A DNA stretch of 64,000 bases, taken from Ruditapes philippinarum (Eukaryota). Shown here piece by piece: positions 12,242 to 26,600 of this stretch (positions within the stretch are counted from its first letter, which is position 1; each line of letters opens with the position of its first letter). Under the pieces are notes generated by a model, which worked only from the letters and a program-made list of their open reading frames with translations, searched no databases and was not told the DNA's origin. The translations under genes and the position numbers were made by a program. The stretch lies in contig NW_026861942.1 of NCBI RefSeq assembly GCF_026571515.1, forward strand, positions 124,001 through 188,000. The letters run 5' to 3'.

Positions 12242-15200
12242 CTTATCTACTCCGAATACGGAAAATATTCTCATAGATTCGTTATTAGATGTGATTGCTA
12301 ATTGACATGAATAATAATTTCAGATTGCGTATGATTTTATAGACAATGACTTTATCAAGTTCGTTTAAATGCTCTGGAAAAGCAATCTGATATGTTTCCT
12401 GATATATAAGTTTTTTGTTGTTGTTATTTTCATAATACAAATATAATTATGAAAACACAAAGTATCAAACCATAATAATAAAGAAAAAAACTAAATAGGA
12501 GAATGTCCTTTTATTTACTAATTAACTAACCAATAGAAATAACATCATATTTAAGTATGTCATTTAGAAGAATATGTGTAGATAGATGTTGAGGCCTAAC
12601 AGATGCATGTACATTTTCTTTATGCTTTATTACTTGATCGATCTTGTGAATTTTGTATTTTTGTGTCTGTTATTAAAGCTGATAGACCTCTGCGTTTTTA
12701 GCATGTTATGAGTCATGTTAAAATGAGTTTCATTTGCCATTCATTCTTTTCCTGAGTACTATGCATAAGAATATTGAAAGCACATTTTTTTGAAATTTGA
12801 AATGAATGCTATGTTATCATTTAACAACGATTTGTGACATGGAGATTTTATGGTCATTATAAGAACAGAACTGATGGACTAAATTCTGTTTTACCTTCAA
12901 ATATAGCAAAGTTATGTTCTTATCTAAAATATCAAAATGCAAACACGTTGTGTTGTATTTAAGGAGCCATTGTATCCTACGCAACTTTAACAGTTGTTGA
13001 TCTTAATATAATAACTAGAACTAGGTTAATACCTTTATTGCATGCAACTGTTATAATTCCATAATTATCTTGTTTTCTTTAAGTAATAATTGGCTTCACA
13101 TGTGATATGACGTGAATGTTATAAAATTATTGTATAATTATGTCATCTAGTTTTTTCTATGCAGGTAACGTTTCATTATGGACATCAAATGCATATAAAC
13201 AATGTTAATGAAAATAAGTGTACTTTAAGTTGTCAATAAGCAACCGAAACTATAATAAGAATTCAATTTTAAAACAGAAATTACTTCAAAAAACTTAGTT
13301 TAACTTATTGATAGAAATATATAAAAAGGCATATTGTTCAAGATAATTTTATTTTTACTGTATAAATTATGGAATAATCGCTTTCATATAATTTTCTCGT
13401 GAATACTTTACTATATTCAAGGCAAATATTAATTATTAATTGTTCTGTGTATAACATAATACATTTTTGAATACAAAACACAAATGTAATTCACGTTTAG
13501 TCCAAAAGTATAAAATATACTTTTTAGTTATTTTAAACTCTATTTGTATAACGCTTTGTTCTTTTAAAGATATTGTGTTCAGTTGTTTTTTTACGGATAT
13601 TGTTTGCAGTTTTATAGTGAAACAGTCAAGATGACTGCGAATTTTGTTTCGTTTCATGATATATTCATTCCTGACTTGATCCTTGTATTCTTTATATGAA
13701 TACAAATTAACTAAACGCATATTTAAGGGCGGGATATTGACAAAATAGCAAAATTGGAAAAAATACTTATTCAGTAGTTACTTAGTCTTAAATCATTTAA
13801 CGTCACTACACTATTAAATCAATGTAAACTTTCATCTGAAAGAAACCACTTTTTTGTTGTTTTGAAAGTATATGATATTGTTTTGTTCGGACGAATCTTT
13901 TACAATCTTTTACAATTGCCTAGTTGTCAACGTGATTTTTATGCTTGTACTGCACACTCCATTTAATTGTACAAAAGTTTACTTAACTCTTTTCATCACA
14001 TTGATCAAGTATTGTAAACAACATATGTCAGGAGATACCGCAACAACAACAACAACAAACTATTGTTATATTCGATACAAAATTAGAAATTATATTTCAC
14101 GAGTCATTTGTTTTAAGTGTAATGACTGACTGCAAAATAAGATCAAGTTATTCATAATGTATGGTCTATTCGCATTCTTGATCATTATTCTGTATTGTTG
14201 ACATAACAACAATAATTTTTTATACAAAATGAAAGAATTTCATGAATTCAAAAATAGTAGACTTGTTTGAGGAGTATCTTGATTTGAAATTAGTATTTGA
14301 CTCGAGTCTCAATAGTTGTAGTTCTCACGTTATTACTACTAATACATTAATGCAACGATCTTTGATGCTTGCTGTTGTTTCCTCTATTAATGTTAAACGA
14401 TTAATTATTCATGATTATGAATATACTATGATATTGAACTTAACGCAATGCAAGAGTAATTAAAAAAGTTTCAAACATAAAATACGTAACTGAACTCAAA
14501 ATGCATACTAGTATATATCTCTACTAGAAACCTTTTTTATTTCTCTTTATTGTACAATGCAAACAATAATTACAGTAATAATATAAGGTGTGTTAAGAAA
14601 TACAATGTCATTTGATATGTTAACAGTGTCTTGAAATAATACACACAAAATCATACTTTTGCAAAGCACTATATGCATTTTTCTTAATTGTATTTTTAAA
14701 AAGGCAAATTTTACTCTGCACAAACGTTCAATGATTAAACACTTAAGCAATAAAACAACATTAAGTAAGTGTCAAGATTTTCTTCTAGCTAATAATGCTA
14801 GTTACTTTCGTTTTCATTGACTAATTTTATGTAATATTTTAGTGCTTAAAACCTGAGCATTTTTTGGCATTGATTATTTCTGTTTTAACCAAACATAATA
14901 ATTGATTTTTAAAAGCCTCTTGGCAATACGGACTTCATTTTGCATTTGTAAATTTACTGTTTTAATAATAATGATATATTATTCTCTTAGACAGTGAAAC
15001 GGGAACAACCGAAAATGACAGATTGTTCTGAAAAATGAAAAGGTGTATTTCGAATTTTGTTTGTTAACCAGACCTGCACGTCCTTTATGAAAACGTTGAC
15101 AATCCCAAAATAAATGTTTTACGGTTTCTGGATTGACATAACAAAATGTACAGTTGTCGTTGTCCTTAACATAAATCTTTTTTAGTTAAGATAAATAGTA

Positions 15201-18200
15201 GAACAATCATTTTTCCATTTTATTTCTGATTTTGTCTGACTATTATTATTGACTACTTCGAATATTGCGCGACATCTTTTGCGATTTTTGTTAAATAATT
15301 ACTACTTTTATCGCAACATGATATTCGAAAAAGGCAAAAGTAAATTGTAATACGAGTGGATAATATGATTAATGTTCATGTCCGAAAGTATAATTATGTT
15401 TGTGAACTTATTTGATTAATACATTAAGGAATTTTAACCAATAACATAGCCTTCATAAGTGTGACAAGTAGAAATACTTTGATTATGTAAGTAAACTGAT
15501 TTATTATACTGATTTGATGATGTTAATGTACTGATTTTTTATACTGTTTTGATAAGTATTAGCACGAAAAAAGACAGGTGATAAGAATGAAACATTAAGT
15601 TACTCATGGTGAATCATTGCGCTGGTTTAAACCTTTAAATGTCATTTCAGGAATGGGGCATTTAAGGTTGAATGCCTATGTCCTTTGTTATGCTAACATG
15701 ATTATTCAACGCATTTATGACAAAACGATGATACACGTACAAAGCAATTGCTTATAATCATAAATCAATGCAGTTTTTTTTCCATTTCTACAAATGTAGA
15801 CTTCATCCCTTAAAAGAGTGAAAAGACATTTTGACAATTTAAGGTAACTTTAGATTTGTTTAGCATAAATAAAGTTGTTAAGTACAAAAGCACAGTTCAC
15901 AATTGGCGGTTGAAATGATCCTCCTCATATGACGTTTTATTGCTGTTGGTTAATTTTTTGTTTGAACAAAACTAAAGACAACAGTTAATGTGGCTGAAAG
16001 CTTTTAAGTTTTAATGGTCCTAATAGAACAGAAATTGTTTTTTCAGGAGGAAGAACTTTACAGTTGAAATCACTAATACCGTATAAGTACTTTTTTCTGC
16101 GGGAACTTTATTTCTGCTATTTCTGCGGTTTATTACGACACCGCAGATTTAAAAACCGCAGAAAATTAAGCCTTTTGCTATGTCTACATGTATGTTGGAA
16201 TATGTCAACTACCTGTATTGTATAATTACATTACTATGTACCGTTATAAGCTTTTGTAGATGGGAATTTTTCTTTATGAATCCGTCAGTTATGTGAATAA
16301 AATATTAGAAAAAAATGTTACTTTACTTGTTCATTTTGTTTAAAAAATACATGTTTGTATGATTTTCGCTCACCCTAAGCTTGATTTATTTTAAAATAAA
16401 ACTATTATTGTTTGACGGGTGCAATAAACATACCGTTTTGTATTTGTACAATATATTGTGTCTACGTGCGATTTTACCATTGTTTATTTTTCACACTTCA
16501 TATTTATACACATGCAGTATTACAAATAATTGTTGTCATTGCGCGTTGTTGATTTTTGTTAATTTGCGTTTATATATCGATACATGGAGATTACACACAT
16601 TATAAAATATGATAAACAAGATCAACAAGGAAAGGCGGCGTTCAATGAACGCTGTGAAGTCGTCTGCATGTTTACCAGAAGTAATGTACATGTTACATCA
16701 ACAAATCTTGAAATGTTGTCTCTTTGTATAGGTTAATTTTGTAAAAATATCTGAATTAAAACGCAGAAATAAAAAAAAAACATCAATGCGAGAATGATGA
16801 CACCGCAGAAATAAGATACGCAGAAATTTAAAACCCCTTATTTTAACCAAAATCGCAGAATTTTAAGCCCGCAGAAATAAGTACTTATACGGTATTCCAA
16901 TTTATTTTATTTCTAAGGAATTTCATGTGAGAGGAAGTGGTCATTAGCGAAGAATGGTCATTAGCATTAACGATTCATACTATCATTTGCTAATGACCGT
17001 TGAATGACTTCAAAACATTAGAAATTTCCTTCACTCTGAAATGAATATCTTACTAATTCTAAGCATTATGAAATATTGCTTCTAATGAAGGAAATAGATT
17101 ATCCTCGACACGGAATAATTGTAGTATAATGAGAGAATATAAATATTTGCCATCATGATTCCTTTATTCTCTTTGGATGATAAATTGTATAAAATTTAAC
17201 ATATTCTCAACAATGTAATTATATATACCATTATAGTAAAGACACAGGTAACTGTAAGTTATTGTTGTTTATCTTTTTTAATTGTCGATACAACATGCTT
17301 ACTTGTGTAAAAGCAATGCTATCGTATTTAGAAGCAGTGTCTATGCTTCCTGTTTTCTGAGAAAGGCAGATACTTATCATTACTAAAAACTCGTCTGTCA
17401 AATAAAACTGTCCAAAACAAAACAGTATGCTTGCGAAATAACTTTCTAACTGCATGAATGATTTACGACTGAGTTAAGCTGAAAAACGAAAGTTTTAACT
17501 CGACACATTAATCAAGACATGTACTTCGAAAGTACAATGAAAAACTGATATTAACATGGAGGACTTTGTCATGTAATCAGATTTAGTTTTATCTTTTTCT
17601 TTAAGTAGCATTTGTGCAAGTACCAGATGTGTCTCTAATGTCAAATAGTTGTTATCGTTTTACATTCGTAACAAGAACGTGACATTATGAAATAGTTGTC
17701 TTACATGACATCTTATTAAAACGGCCATTATAGTTTTCTTATTAAGGTTTATTTCATCAAAGCCTTAACACTATATTAAGTATACAAATGTATAGTGCGT
17801 GGATATCTTTTCTAAAAACATCACTATTATCAAAATTTTCAACATCCTTTCAACGCCATAGATGAAGTTTTTGAAAATTAATTTAAGAATAAATTCTACA
17901 CATTCGCAAAACATAATAAAGATGTTTCTTTTTATAATATTTAAAGTAAATATGCTAGGTTTTCTTTTTTTGAAAAACATGTACAGATAACCTTTTATAA
18001 CGTTCTTCTTATAATTGTCAATTTACTGATTCAATAATTAAGCGCATTGATAATGCACCAGTCAGTATTATTCTTGGTTAGATATTATCATACAAGGTAC
18101 AAAACGTTTTTGATTTTATATGTTAAATCAATCTATTTCCAATATGTTATTCCAAAATGAACAAGACTAACAATGAAATAAATGTACTCAGTTTTGTATC

Positions 18201-18478
18201 TGTCGAATTGTCACATATTATAATCGCTTCGGGTGAAGTAATTTATCAGAACAATGCACTGCTTATATTAAATTGTGATTCATTACACATAGAGGGCTGT
18301 ATTCATTTCATGCGGGTTTGCACTCAATGATTAAATATTTTTCTAATGTTCTGTGATAATTCTATTGAAAATGACAGGCCGCATGCACATTTCATTAATG
18401 AATATTATTATAGAATAATAAAACAAAATAAATAACTTTATTATGCATTAAGGAATGGAAATGCTATCATATTATATA
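12242..18478 (+). repeat. Segmental duplication 1, copy b
   Basis: Colinear with 539-5378 plus 8757-9680. Carries its own private insertion at 16079-16892. Confidence 0.9.
16079..16892. mobile_element. Tc1/mariner (pogo-like) MITE, TA TSD
   Basis: TA-CCGTATAAGTACTTTTTTCTGCGGG ... CCCGCAGAAATAAGTACTTATACGG-TA, with subterminal CGCAGAAA repeats. Empty site in the paralog at ~4330 (AAATCACTCATAATTGACAATTTATT). Confidence 0.85.
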
Positions 18479-18479
18479 A

Positions 18480-19118
18480 TATTATGTGTATGTGCATAAG
18501 AAATATATATTTGAAGTTTGAAGTAGATACCTTAAAAAGTAAAGAAGCTATAATATTTCTTAAAGAAAATCTTAATTTCAAAGAGAGATATATCTGTAAA
18601 TATTGCTTCAAGAGATATGAACATAAAATGTAATTGATGAAAAGGAATTATTATTTGAAGTTTGAGTTAGCTACCTTTAAAACTAAAAAAGTTATAGTTA
18701 AAAATAGTATTTTTCTAGTATAAAAAACTAAGTTTATAGGGAGATTATTCTTGCAATATTGGTGCAAAAGTTATGAACTTGTCACATAAGATGTGAATGA
18801 TGATAAGGTACATATATTTGAAGTATGAGGTTAAATAAAGAAGTTACAGTAAAAATAGTATTTTTAAGGAAAATTCTAAGTTCAAGTGGAGATAAACCTG
18901 AAAATATTGGTGCTACAGTTATGAACCTTGTCACATAAGATGTGGTTGATGATAAGGAACATATATCTGAAGTTTGAAGTTGATATCTTAAGAAATAACA
19001 AAGTTATAGTGAAACAATTTTTACTGCACCAAAACTTTAATCTGAAATCTGGACGCTCACGCCGACGCCGGGGCGAGTAGGACAGCTCTCCATATACTTC
19101 GTATAGTCGAGCTAAAAA
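18480..19118 (-). mobile_element. Non-autonomous Helentron/HINE-like element with internal ~150-bp tandem repeats
   Basis: Minus-strand start TTTTTAGCTCGACTATACGAAGTATATGGAGAGCT (short AGCTC/GAGCT inverted repeat), then a CGGCGTCGGCGT microsatellite-like tract and degenerate repeats (ATATATTTGAAGTTTGAAGT...; GTTATGAACCTTGTCACATAAGATGTG). This layout is typical of bivalve Helentron-associated elements. Left boundary approximate. Confidence 0.7.
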
Positions 19119-21165
19119 GTGTATACATTTTATCACATGTTTTTGAAATATGTCTTAATATCAAGTATTGCATATTGCATTGACACATGATATATTTTCT
19201 TCTACCTTTTCTAAGTATATATAATGTAAAGTACACTTGAAAACACACTAAAAATATTGCTGTTTGGCATTGAATTGAAAGTACTATATTTCTCTAATCG
19301 AACTTGGATTAATCAATTTCAAAGCAAATATTTTAGCAACATTACTTATAAGAGAATTTGGATTCTTACTCTAATTATTACTAAAATTATTCTAATAAGC
19401 TTTAATCAAGTGATCCATATCTAGTTGCTATTAGTTTCATTTCTAATTCAACGAATTTGTTTGTTATCAAATGTATGCACTTTAATTTTTTTATCACGCA
19501 ATTGTTGAGGAAAAAATGATTCTACGTTTTCTATATAGATATCTAAGATACTACGTTTTCTATTTAAATATCTAGATACAGTAGTTATGTAATAATGACA
19601 TGAAATGGTCATAATTTTTAGAAAAGGATATACCTTGTATTCAAACAATTTTGATATGAATTAGTTTCTTTATGTATCACATGTTTTCTACACTGAAGTA
19701 CAAAACTCCATTCTTTCTTTAAAAGCACTCTTAAAAGAGCTTCCATCCTTAAGTGTTTTTTTTTAAATTGTGGTAATTTTGCTTAACAGACAGCAGTAAT
19801 TGGGGCTAAAAGCATTGGAACATTTTATTGTTTTTTGTAAAAATTTTAACAAATGGTATCTCCATAATAAGTCTGAAACGATTTTTATTGCACTGTTAAA
19901 AGTAAATAAATTTGAAATCACACATGGTATCTCTATAACAATTAATGCTGTTGTTTTCAATAAATTGTAGTATATCCAGTTTGCATTAAAATTTCATGTA
20001 TTATAGAGGAATAATATAACAGCATATATGTTTTAAACTTTTTCTTGAAATTCCGACGTTATCTTTTGGTACAATGGTAAAGGAGGCACTGTCAACTCTT
20101 ATGATTAAATGTTAAGCTTACAAAATTTGTTAAATGCTTTAAAAGGTCAGTAGCATAACAATGATAAAATGTAAACTAGACAATAGCTACTACGGATAAT
20201 TAACGTCAAATTTTGTCGAAAGAGGACAGTTTGTGTTCAATATTTAACTTCTTTGGGTTTTTTTCTATAAATAAAGGGCTTTGGATTAAAATTAATGAGT
20301 GTCACAATATCTAGATTTATTAACTTATTAGCCGTCCATAATCATAATAAACATTGATCGTTGTATTGAATTTCATACAGCTGTATAATAAGATTAACAA
20401 TACGCTAGTACTTATACAAAAACAAAGTTTAATAGTTTTGGTCATAAGAATAATCTCAACAAGAAAAGATGCATTCAAACTACAAACAGGAGATTAGGAC
20501 AATATCACCAAGTGCTTCACTAAAGGCAGCATTAAATCTTGAAACCACATTATATGAACAGAGGAAAACTGGATATTAATGGGAATGGCTATTTCGCCCT
20601 TGACAATATATTAAGCTTTTAAGAAGGAAATACTTTTAACCAACCTTCATTATTGATCCATTGAATGACATACATGTACATAAAATTGCATGAGACAAAT
20701 AAATACGTCAATAATTTACATCGGCTTTTAGGCACTTATTTTTTTAAGTTGAAAAGGGTCATTTGAAATAAGTTATGATAGTTAAAATAAATGTCCATTT
20801 TGAAATATGAACTGGTTTATTTCAATGCATTATAATATTGCAGTATTAACTGCACAGGATATTTAACATGGATGATTTTTAAATCAATGAAAGTATTTAA
20901 CATTTATCGTTATCTATTTCAAAATACTTAACTCAATCAAATATAACTGCAGTAAAAATAAGTAAATGTCTTGGTCAGAATACAGATTCTTTAAACATTT
21001 ATCTTTTTAAACTCAAATATACTGATTGCTCAATACGATAAAATTAATCAGTTAAAATACACCTGAATTTTGTCTTTGTTAAACATATCAAATGATTGTA
21101 CCTTGTTTTATCTAGTTTTACTAATTGTTTTTTTAATTACCATTTAACACACATTTATGCACTTG

Positions 21166-21249
21166 TAAGACATTAAGTGGAAGTGGTATTTTGAAGGTGC
21201 CATGATATAAGACATTAAGTGGAAGTAGTATATTGAAGGTGCCATGATA
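21166..21249 (+). repeat. Tandem duplication, 2 x 42 bp
   Basis: TAAGACATTAAGTGGAAGT(G/A)GTAT(T/A)TTGAAGGTGCCATGATA twice; single copy in the paralog at ~40910-40950. Confidence 0.85.
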
Positions 21250-21902
21250 TGCACCATGTGGATACAACTTCGGATTTTTTAATATGTTTTAACAAACTAC
21301 CCTTTCATAATTATGCAAGGGGTGTCAATCATACTCTATCATGTCGAGTCTACACCATTCAAATTTTGCTTGGTATGCTACGTATTTTCAGATTCAAATT
21401 TTTGCAGTCCAATCCGTTTTTTGAAAATGAATCGATTGTTTCAAAATCACGGAACGCATCTCTTTAATGTAAATATTCTCGTAAAATATGCAGGAATGTT
21501 AATAAGTTAAAGGCGTTTACCTGCAATAACTCTGTGTTAAGTATATATCTTGTATTTCAACCAGTTGTATTTGAAGGGTTTTAAAGACCTTAAAAATACG
21601 AAACTCTAAACACTTTTATATTGTAATTTATAGGTATATAAGTAGTTGCTTCACAAATCCATAGTTTTACAAATCAAATGGGAGTTGCATATTAAGCAAA
21701 CAATTGACTTGTATTTCTATTTAATTCATTGTTTTCTAGATATGCCTTGTTTGTTTGTTGCTTAACATTTTTTACGAGTAAGTCTACCATTGCATTCATC
21801 ATACTTTATTGAAAATTTATTGAATACAGCTTAGAATTTGAAGAAAAATTATCACAAAGAAAAGCCTTAGACTGTGGAAAAAAACCAAACTACATTATTG
21901 TA

Positions 21903-23636
21903 TATTTTCATTAAATCGCGGGAAAAAGACGGACGTAAACAAGATGACGTCAGACGGTCAACGACTTTGCGAATAATGAAAAATATCACGTTTATTCTTA
22001 TCATTGCGGTGTAACCTTAAACTATTATAGTAAAGTAATGCTCTTTTAATCGAGAAATATGCCATAAAGAACAAAAAGCAACAATTATTTTGTATTCGCA
22101 CGCGGAATTAACAGTCTACGATGCATTGTCATTGATTAGAAATCTCAACCTATTTTTAGACTGGAAAAATCCAATTCAGCCATTGAATATGGTATATCAC
22201 TCAGTGAAATATTTTATAAAAAATTCTGCTGACTACTGTTTGCAGCTTTTTTTTAGATTATTAAATAAAGCACGTTATAAAGAAAATATATATAAAATCC
22301 GAGACGTTATATTTGCTTAATAAAGGAACACAAATTTATGATACAAATGAGTTCTGCCACAGTCGACTTTGATCTGTTTGGCGAAATGCGAGGAAAATAA
22401 TAATATATAGAAAGCAGTCCTCAGCGGAAATCATTTGGTAAAGAATTCAATCCTCTTATTTATTGCAACCAAAACAAATAAATAAATAAGTAGCAAACAT
22501 TTTGCTGTTATTTGCAAATTTTGAATGATAAACTTGTGCATAATGAAAGCAATTTATACAGACAAACTACTCTTTGTAACGATCTTCATAATGCTTTTGA
22601 AGTCAATTTTTGTACTCATTTGCTGTGCAAAATGCTGCCCGTGAGTGATCTGCAATAAAAAATATCCTGTATAAGAATGCCATTGACTCGTCACCGGCAG
22701 ACAGTTTAAAATTGACAAGTTTACAAAGAAAATGGTTTAGAAAATGTCTATATTCTTAATGAATCATTTTATGGAACTCTCACCTAAATAGCAATTGGAG
22801 CAAGAACACATTTCATTAGAAAATGTCACATTATTTTCATTCCTTGCTATCATTAAAAGCCAACCTTCCGGTCGACGATCTATCAATGAGCATATTGGCT
22901 CCTTAGTTTTAGACTTTAAGACACTTCGTGTACGATAAATGCCACAACAAACTTGCGAAATGGGGAGAAATAATTAAACAATTAATCAAGAAAGCTTTTA
23001 CTATTGTCCCATTTGAGACCAATATATATGTGCGTTGTGATACGTCTAACATCAAAGTATTAAGTGATCATGGAATGCAGACATTGCTTTCTTGCATATC
23101 AGACAGGATTATCTACCGTTTACACCGGTGCTAGAAAACTCTATCTTACACCCCCCATGTAAGACAAGTCGCGTGTTTTAAATGACGTCATTGACGCGAG
23201 CCTTTTATGAATGAATTGCGTTCTTAGGATGACGTCACTTAACCGTTATGAATGAAATTGTCAGTTCATACGCTACTATAAGTAAAAAGTGCGTTATAAG
23301 AATATCCGTTTTTGTAATTTCTGCTTGAAAATAATTGATATGTTATATGCAAGAAAAAGAATCAAACACCGGTTGTTGGTACAGACAGGAATATCTAGCT
23401 CTCGGGTGACTGTTTACAGCGGAAACTCGGCAGAGCCTCGTTACCGCCGTAAACAGTCACCCTCGAGCTAGATATTCCGGTCTGTACCGGCAGCCGGTGT
23501 AAGATTCTTATAGTCTCCGACACTTAACAAATATTTCGTATTACCACTTCACGTAAGATTTACTGTTAAGTTTTTATATGTGTTTTTATGTTTGGTTTAA
23601 TGTGAATAACTTTTTCAAAACAGATAATTTATCGTC
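21903..23636 (-). repeat. Segment inverted relative to paralogs at 44687-46004 and 49670-50740
   Basis: TATTTTCATTAAATCGCGGGAAAAAGACGGACG (21903) is the reverse complement of ~45970-46003. CAAAACAGATAATTT (~23616-23630) is the reverse complement of ~44690-44705. Confidence 0.9.
23089..23512. mobile_element. Non-autonomous element with terminal ~150-bp hairpin, Crypton-like
   Basis: Absent from paralogs (empty site CAGACATTGCT|GTCTCCGA, reverse complement at ~49783-49801). No clear TSD. Hairpin ~23358-23508 around CTCGGCAGAGCCTCG. Second copy at 39366-39657. The superfamily label is from recalled resemblance only. Confidence 0.65.
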
Positions 23637-26600
23637 ACACTAGGACTGGCAAAATAATTATGAGAATCGAAATTAGTACGCATTATTATTTAATTTGCAT
23701 AGAAATGTTTTGCATAGAAATGTTTCACACTACTATAACAATGATACTAACAAATTAAGAAAGTAAAGGACGGTAGGTAATTTAGCTATCTATCGCCCCC
23801 GCCTCTTGCATCATTTCAGCAGAATTCTGTATTTATACAGTCGCATTTTATCACTTGTTACACATATTGTAAAATATATGGAAAAAAAAACACACATCAA
23901 AATGTTTACGCCTTTTTAAACTCTGGTATTCTTATCGAATACTTTCGTTCTGATCACAATCTTAATCAAAGAATAACATGTTTATCCTTCTTGATTAATA
24001 GTGTATTTATGTTTAAAGTTGAATGAAAGAAATATACGATTTTTTCGTCCCCTATATTGTTTTTATAAACTGGTTTTAGTATTGCTTTGAGCAGATTCTA
24101 TAAGATTTTGACATGTGTATATTGATTCGATATGCATATATATCCTACTTGTGTAACTCGTATATTATAACTGAATAATATGCAGTATTTATATGGTTTG
24201 TATGTTACGAATATGTAAACAAGTTCTGAAAAGGAGAGATCCCTCCACAACAACGGTTACTTGCTTTTTTGTGTCTTTCCGTGCGAGAAAAAAGTGTAAA
24301 TTTCTTACGCTTCTTATCACCCAATCTTAATCGCTTAAATAGAAATGAAAAATATTTTATTCCATACTGTGATCTAACCATATATAATAATATTTGCAGT
24401 ACCTTTTGAGTTATCCACAATATATTGCGATAATTATAGTATACTTATTTTCATAGCAACCAGATTTTCCAACATAGGAACACGTATCATACAAATGTGT
24501 TCAAGTTTGTTGAAATGCTTCATGTAATGTTGGACAATGTCCCCACGTTTTGTGCATGAATGCATGTATTTTCTTGTCGTGTTATATGATAACTGTAAGT
24601 CAAACACAGATAATGAATTACGAACTTAGTGATACAAATGAGTTATTTGCCTTTGTCAAACATCATTAAAGAAAGTTACACAGACATTCAATAGACTGAC
24701 ATTCATGTTCTTAGCCATTCCTGAAGAAAGCTTATAAATTTATAGCTTATCGTACCAATGACAACGTTCAAATAATTAATATTTTTGTTAAGTAAGACAG
24801 CCAGTTACTGTAAAAGAAAATACGTTTAAAGCATTAAAGTGTCATTGATTGAGACATAAGCATTCTTCACGACAGTCACTGATACAATATCTTTCCCAAA
24901 CTTTTTTGTCTCTCAGTCTAATCACTTATTAATGCACATTTATACAGATTTATGTAAAGGGATGGCATAATTTTTTTCTTTAAGTTTGAATGTACATGGA
25001 ATCATTCGTTATAGTACATAAGGGATTCTTCAGCATGCTACTGAATTCCCAATTTGAATAATTCGACACATCAATCTTAAAATGTCCAATGAATTTGCAA
25101 ATACTCTAAACCTCGAAAGTAGTTTACATTAATGTCACATTTACTTAAATTCTCAAGTGAAAAATACAGTCGTATCTTCTAATATCCAATTTGATGTTTA
25201 GTGTAAGGAAATGTGGTGAATAATGATACAAAATGGATTATAAATACTAAGTATTGTTCTGTTTGGTAACATTTATTCTCTTTTTATTCTTTATATTCAC
25301 GTCAAATCTTAGCCACCCACATCGCAAAGCCACTGTTATAACAGATCAGTGCCATGTTGATCCATTATCTCTAAAGCTGCGAAAAAACTTGTATTCATTT
25401 TACACCGCATGCATAATTTTAGTGTAAAATCCGTTACTAGAACAAACCGAAATTGATCAATATGAGTAAGGTTATTTGCTTGAGTTAACAACGGTTTGCC
25501 ACTAATTGGGTTTGACCCGACGCACCGAGCGATAACCAGATAACCAGACTCAAGTTTATTTTATTACGCATATAAATTTTGTGAGAGCAAACGAAATTTT
25601 TCTTCTGTTTTATCAAACTCAGCACTAGTTACGTCAGGCTTTTTCCGTCACTTTAACTTACGTAAAGACGGTCATTCAACTCATTTCGTTATAATTACAT
25701 AACAATCATACGTGCGTTTATTTTTAATTATTTGATTCAAAACGCATAAAAACTAAAAAGAAGAAATTAAAAGTGAAATTCAATGAAAAAGGGAAAATAT
25801 TTACTGCTCTGTGACGGTCTAGTTTGTTTATGGTAGCAGCGGTTTCTGTACTGATCAAGAGAAAAAATACGCTATGGAAGGTTTGCTATACTTATAATAT
25901 TTTATCCAAAATTATCTAAAGACGATAATGACGGATAAACATAATGAAATCACTGGAATCACAGTTGATCGATATCTATTTTAAGCCTTATCAAAACTAA
26001 AGCTCGAACATCCATTGTCGAATCGTATGAAGTCATAAGAAAGCATTCTATTTCATTATATGGCGCAGCAAAAACACTCCCTTTTTGATGTGGTATTGAA
26101 AAACCAATGTTAATAACCTAAAAGGTTATTACATGAATTCTTTCTCCTGTAAATAAATCTGTTAAAAAACTGTATTCAATTTATCGTGTCTTGTTTATGG
26201 GTCATAATATACCAAAAAAGTCACTTTTGTTTTGTCTGTTTGTCTAAACACTTTACATATCATGCAATGCCAGTTGAACTCTCATCTAAATGGCAACCGG
26301 AGTCAAAAATACTTGCAACTTTTTAAGTTCTGTTTATACATAGAAACATATATTTATCATTGTATAATCAGAAGTTTTTATATAGTCATGTCTGTACTTC
26401 AACAATTTCAAGCGTACTGCACTACATGTGATCCCAATTAAAATTTATGTATTTTTATTTATTCATATGCCGATTAAATTATAATTGTAACTGATGGAGC
26501 TTCACCTTCTTTGTAGGTAATCCTATTGTCGAAAAGTGGTATTTTATTTATACACCAACTATATGCCGAAACAGATATCTTCAAATATTCCATTACGTTT

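Noticed and set aside
22928-23134. ORF MYDKCHNKLAKWGE..., also at 44777-44965
   Set aside because: The similarity is explained by DNA duplication. It starts at GTG, its C-terminus runs into a TE in one copy, and the third copy has frame-breaking indels.
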